From: a virus
Strand: one strand, 5' to 3'
DNA: 64,000 bases
IMG/VR virus record: IMGVR_UViG_3300005337_000002
The notes under the pieces were generated by a model. That model saw only the letters and a program-made list of their open reading frames with translations. It had not been told where the DNA came from and made no database searches. Both the position numbers and the translations under genes were made by a program. The stretch's first letter is position 1. The number at the start of each line of letters is the position of its first letter. Positions 63,701 through 64,000 of the stretch are shown here, piece after piece.

Positions 63701-64000
63701 AGCCCCGCAGTTGTTCACTCGCCGTACTGGAGAGCTGGGCCCCAAAGCGGTCGACCATCTGACCGCTGGCGTTGGTCGTGACCTGAAACTGCCGGAGAGC
63801 TTGCTCCCCCTGCGCGATCGCTTGCCGCAAGGCTTGCTGGGAATTGCCCGCGGCGAGGGAGGCGCGCGAGAAGCTCTGGATGGCGTTTTCAATAGCGGTA
63901 AAGGGCAGGGCGGAGAGCGTCGGCTGCAAGGCCGCTATCTGGGCCCGCAATTCCTGAATGCGCTGTTGGGCGGCTTGCGTGGCCGCACCAAAGCCCATGG
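60717..64000 (-). CDS. Tape measure protein with lytic transglycosylase (SLT) domain, 5'-truncated
   Basis: QMVSKG.VSMEELRRQ (TMP domain); QESG.DP.A.S.AGAMGLLQLMP.TA...AYNAGP. Confidence 0.92.
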   Translation of the reverse strand, partial: MGFGAATQAAQQRIQELRAQIAALQPTLSALPFTAIENAIQSFSRASLAAGNSQQALRQAIAQGEQALRQFQVTTNASGQMVDRFGAQLSSTASEQLRGFAAGIREAQGELRTLQQFGINTGGSLSSSLGGLGAIGQRLLGVAGALGIVTSIEGAVQAMHSLATSIVEVGTRMEGVRLGFAALFGGQQAGARNFEQLTTFANRFGLELTSLTETYRRFSSATRGTALEGDRGQNVFESFMLAGRASGSTQAQLHQLGTAIEQMVSKGTVSMEELRRQMGNALPGAFQIAARAMGVTTDELDKMIRKGHTEAIPFLEAMARQLKTEFGPAAEAAAGSAQAAFNRLGNEILLLKDALANSGLIQWLGQLNNSLADMLKSLREVREERQRDLGGPAPVVPPSLQQSPEIMTRQREIEALRASLSPRFEAGDPDLSAGFARMGMTVEQTLARIKALQAEQQKIIANNAKMLESEQDVDYAAANPMRGVPDRLRKLFEEGQKALKNIDLDAQFLPALDIADLKLKSWEKTVKSIREEFDKLGPGIRQGLQPGMRTSPYDEQITRLAGERGIDPSVAKALVEQESGYDPRARSKAGAMGLLQLMPGTAARYGAGETPYDPETNLRAGLSYLADLLKQFSGDMNKALTAYNAGPSHGGIPLRTGENSTFAEDVLRRIPRGPLDVVQQAERMQEALRVGKDEQTPDREAMARVHATGREDIRRIEERAREAAADAKTYQDAIDTVTMTLARHEEQALGTLARLQAAYTQTKEARDEDAAAALKAQFAGNAAITTAADTVMQLAQTRSAYKEEVEVLKDRFIALKQNADAQRALEQRMTAFDERVLESLMGQTRPRDESPAMALRRQGEREGIPLTPGRDQQLQQVDAAWRHQQRLNEAVQIFETFGQSVGQSWTNALLSIADHTKTVGQAFREMARSILQSIIQITSQEAWKSLIHLGVGLLTSAIGGAVSGGVGPSGYGADLSGSGMNLATTFAAQGGAIVNKPTTILAGENSSVNPEYVVNHPQMQALLASAVRAAPTAGGQAAGAGIVIMNFPSQAAAEQSAADQRALGKQVILNEVLNDLGRGEASKISRVLRMTQR

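Larger units (their letters stand above)
1..64000. mobile_element. Temperate siphophage/prophage region (both ends may extend beyond the window)
   Basis: Integrase and excisionase, divergent promoters with XRE HTH, O-like initiators, lambda-like tail order (TMP, Dit, L, K, I/J, fibres), dense small ORFs. Confidence 0.93.

Overview
The window is almost entirely a high-GC temperate siphophage (lambda-like tail genes), probably from a diderm host; no att site or element boundary is visible. A leftward early arm (15.2 kb to 0.3 kb, - strand) carries an XRE HTH, a replication initiator, a tandem Lar-like protein, many small genes, an unusual DNA methyltransferase, an excisionase and a tyrosine integrase. 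A rightward early/middle arm (15.5-37.3 kb, + strand) carries NADAR, a SWIM/SSAP protein, a second replication initiator, an exonuclease, HNHs, a secreted beta-helix protein and a GT-like moron. The distal late operon (- strand, 64 kb to 39.5 kb) runs from tape measure through Dit/L/K/J, tail fibres and a block of six signal-peptide-bearing adhesin-like genes to the lysis-position genes. Most striking: (1) the tail-adhesin block is Sec-exported, and its domains recur in the early region as small membrane-anchored or secreted paralogues; (2) a ~550 nt highly structured non-coding leader with its own sigma70 promoter precedes the integrase; (3) the methyltransferase has five SPP(Y/F) modules; (4) three c4-like three-way-junction RNAs sit in front of endonuclease genes; (5) two paralogous initiators share iterons; (6) a non-autonomous IS200/IS605 element appears to carry only an omegaRNA. 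All family assignments are by-eye motif recognition; no searches were run.
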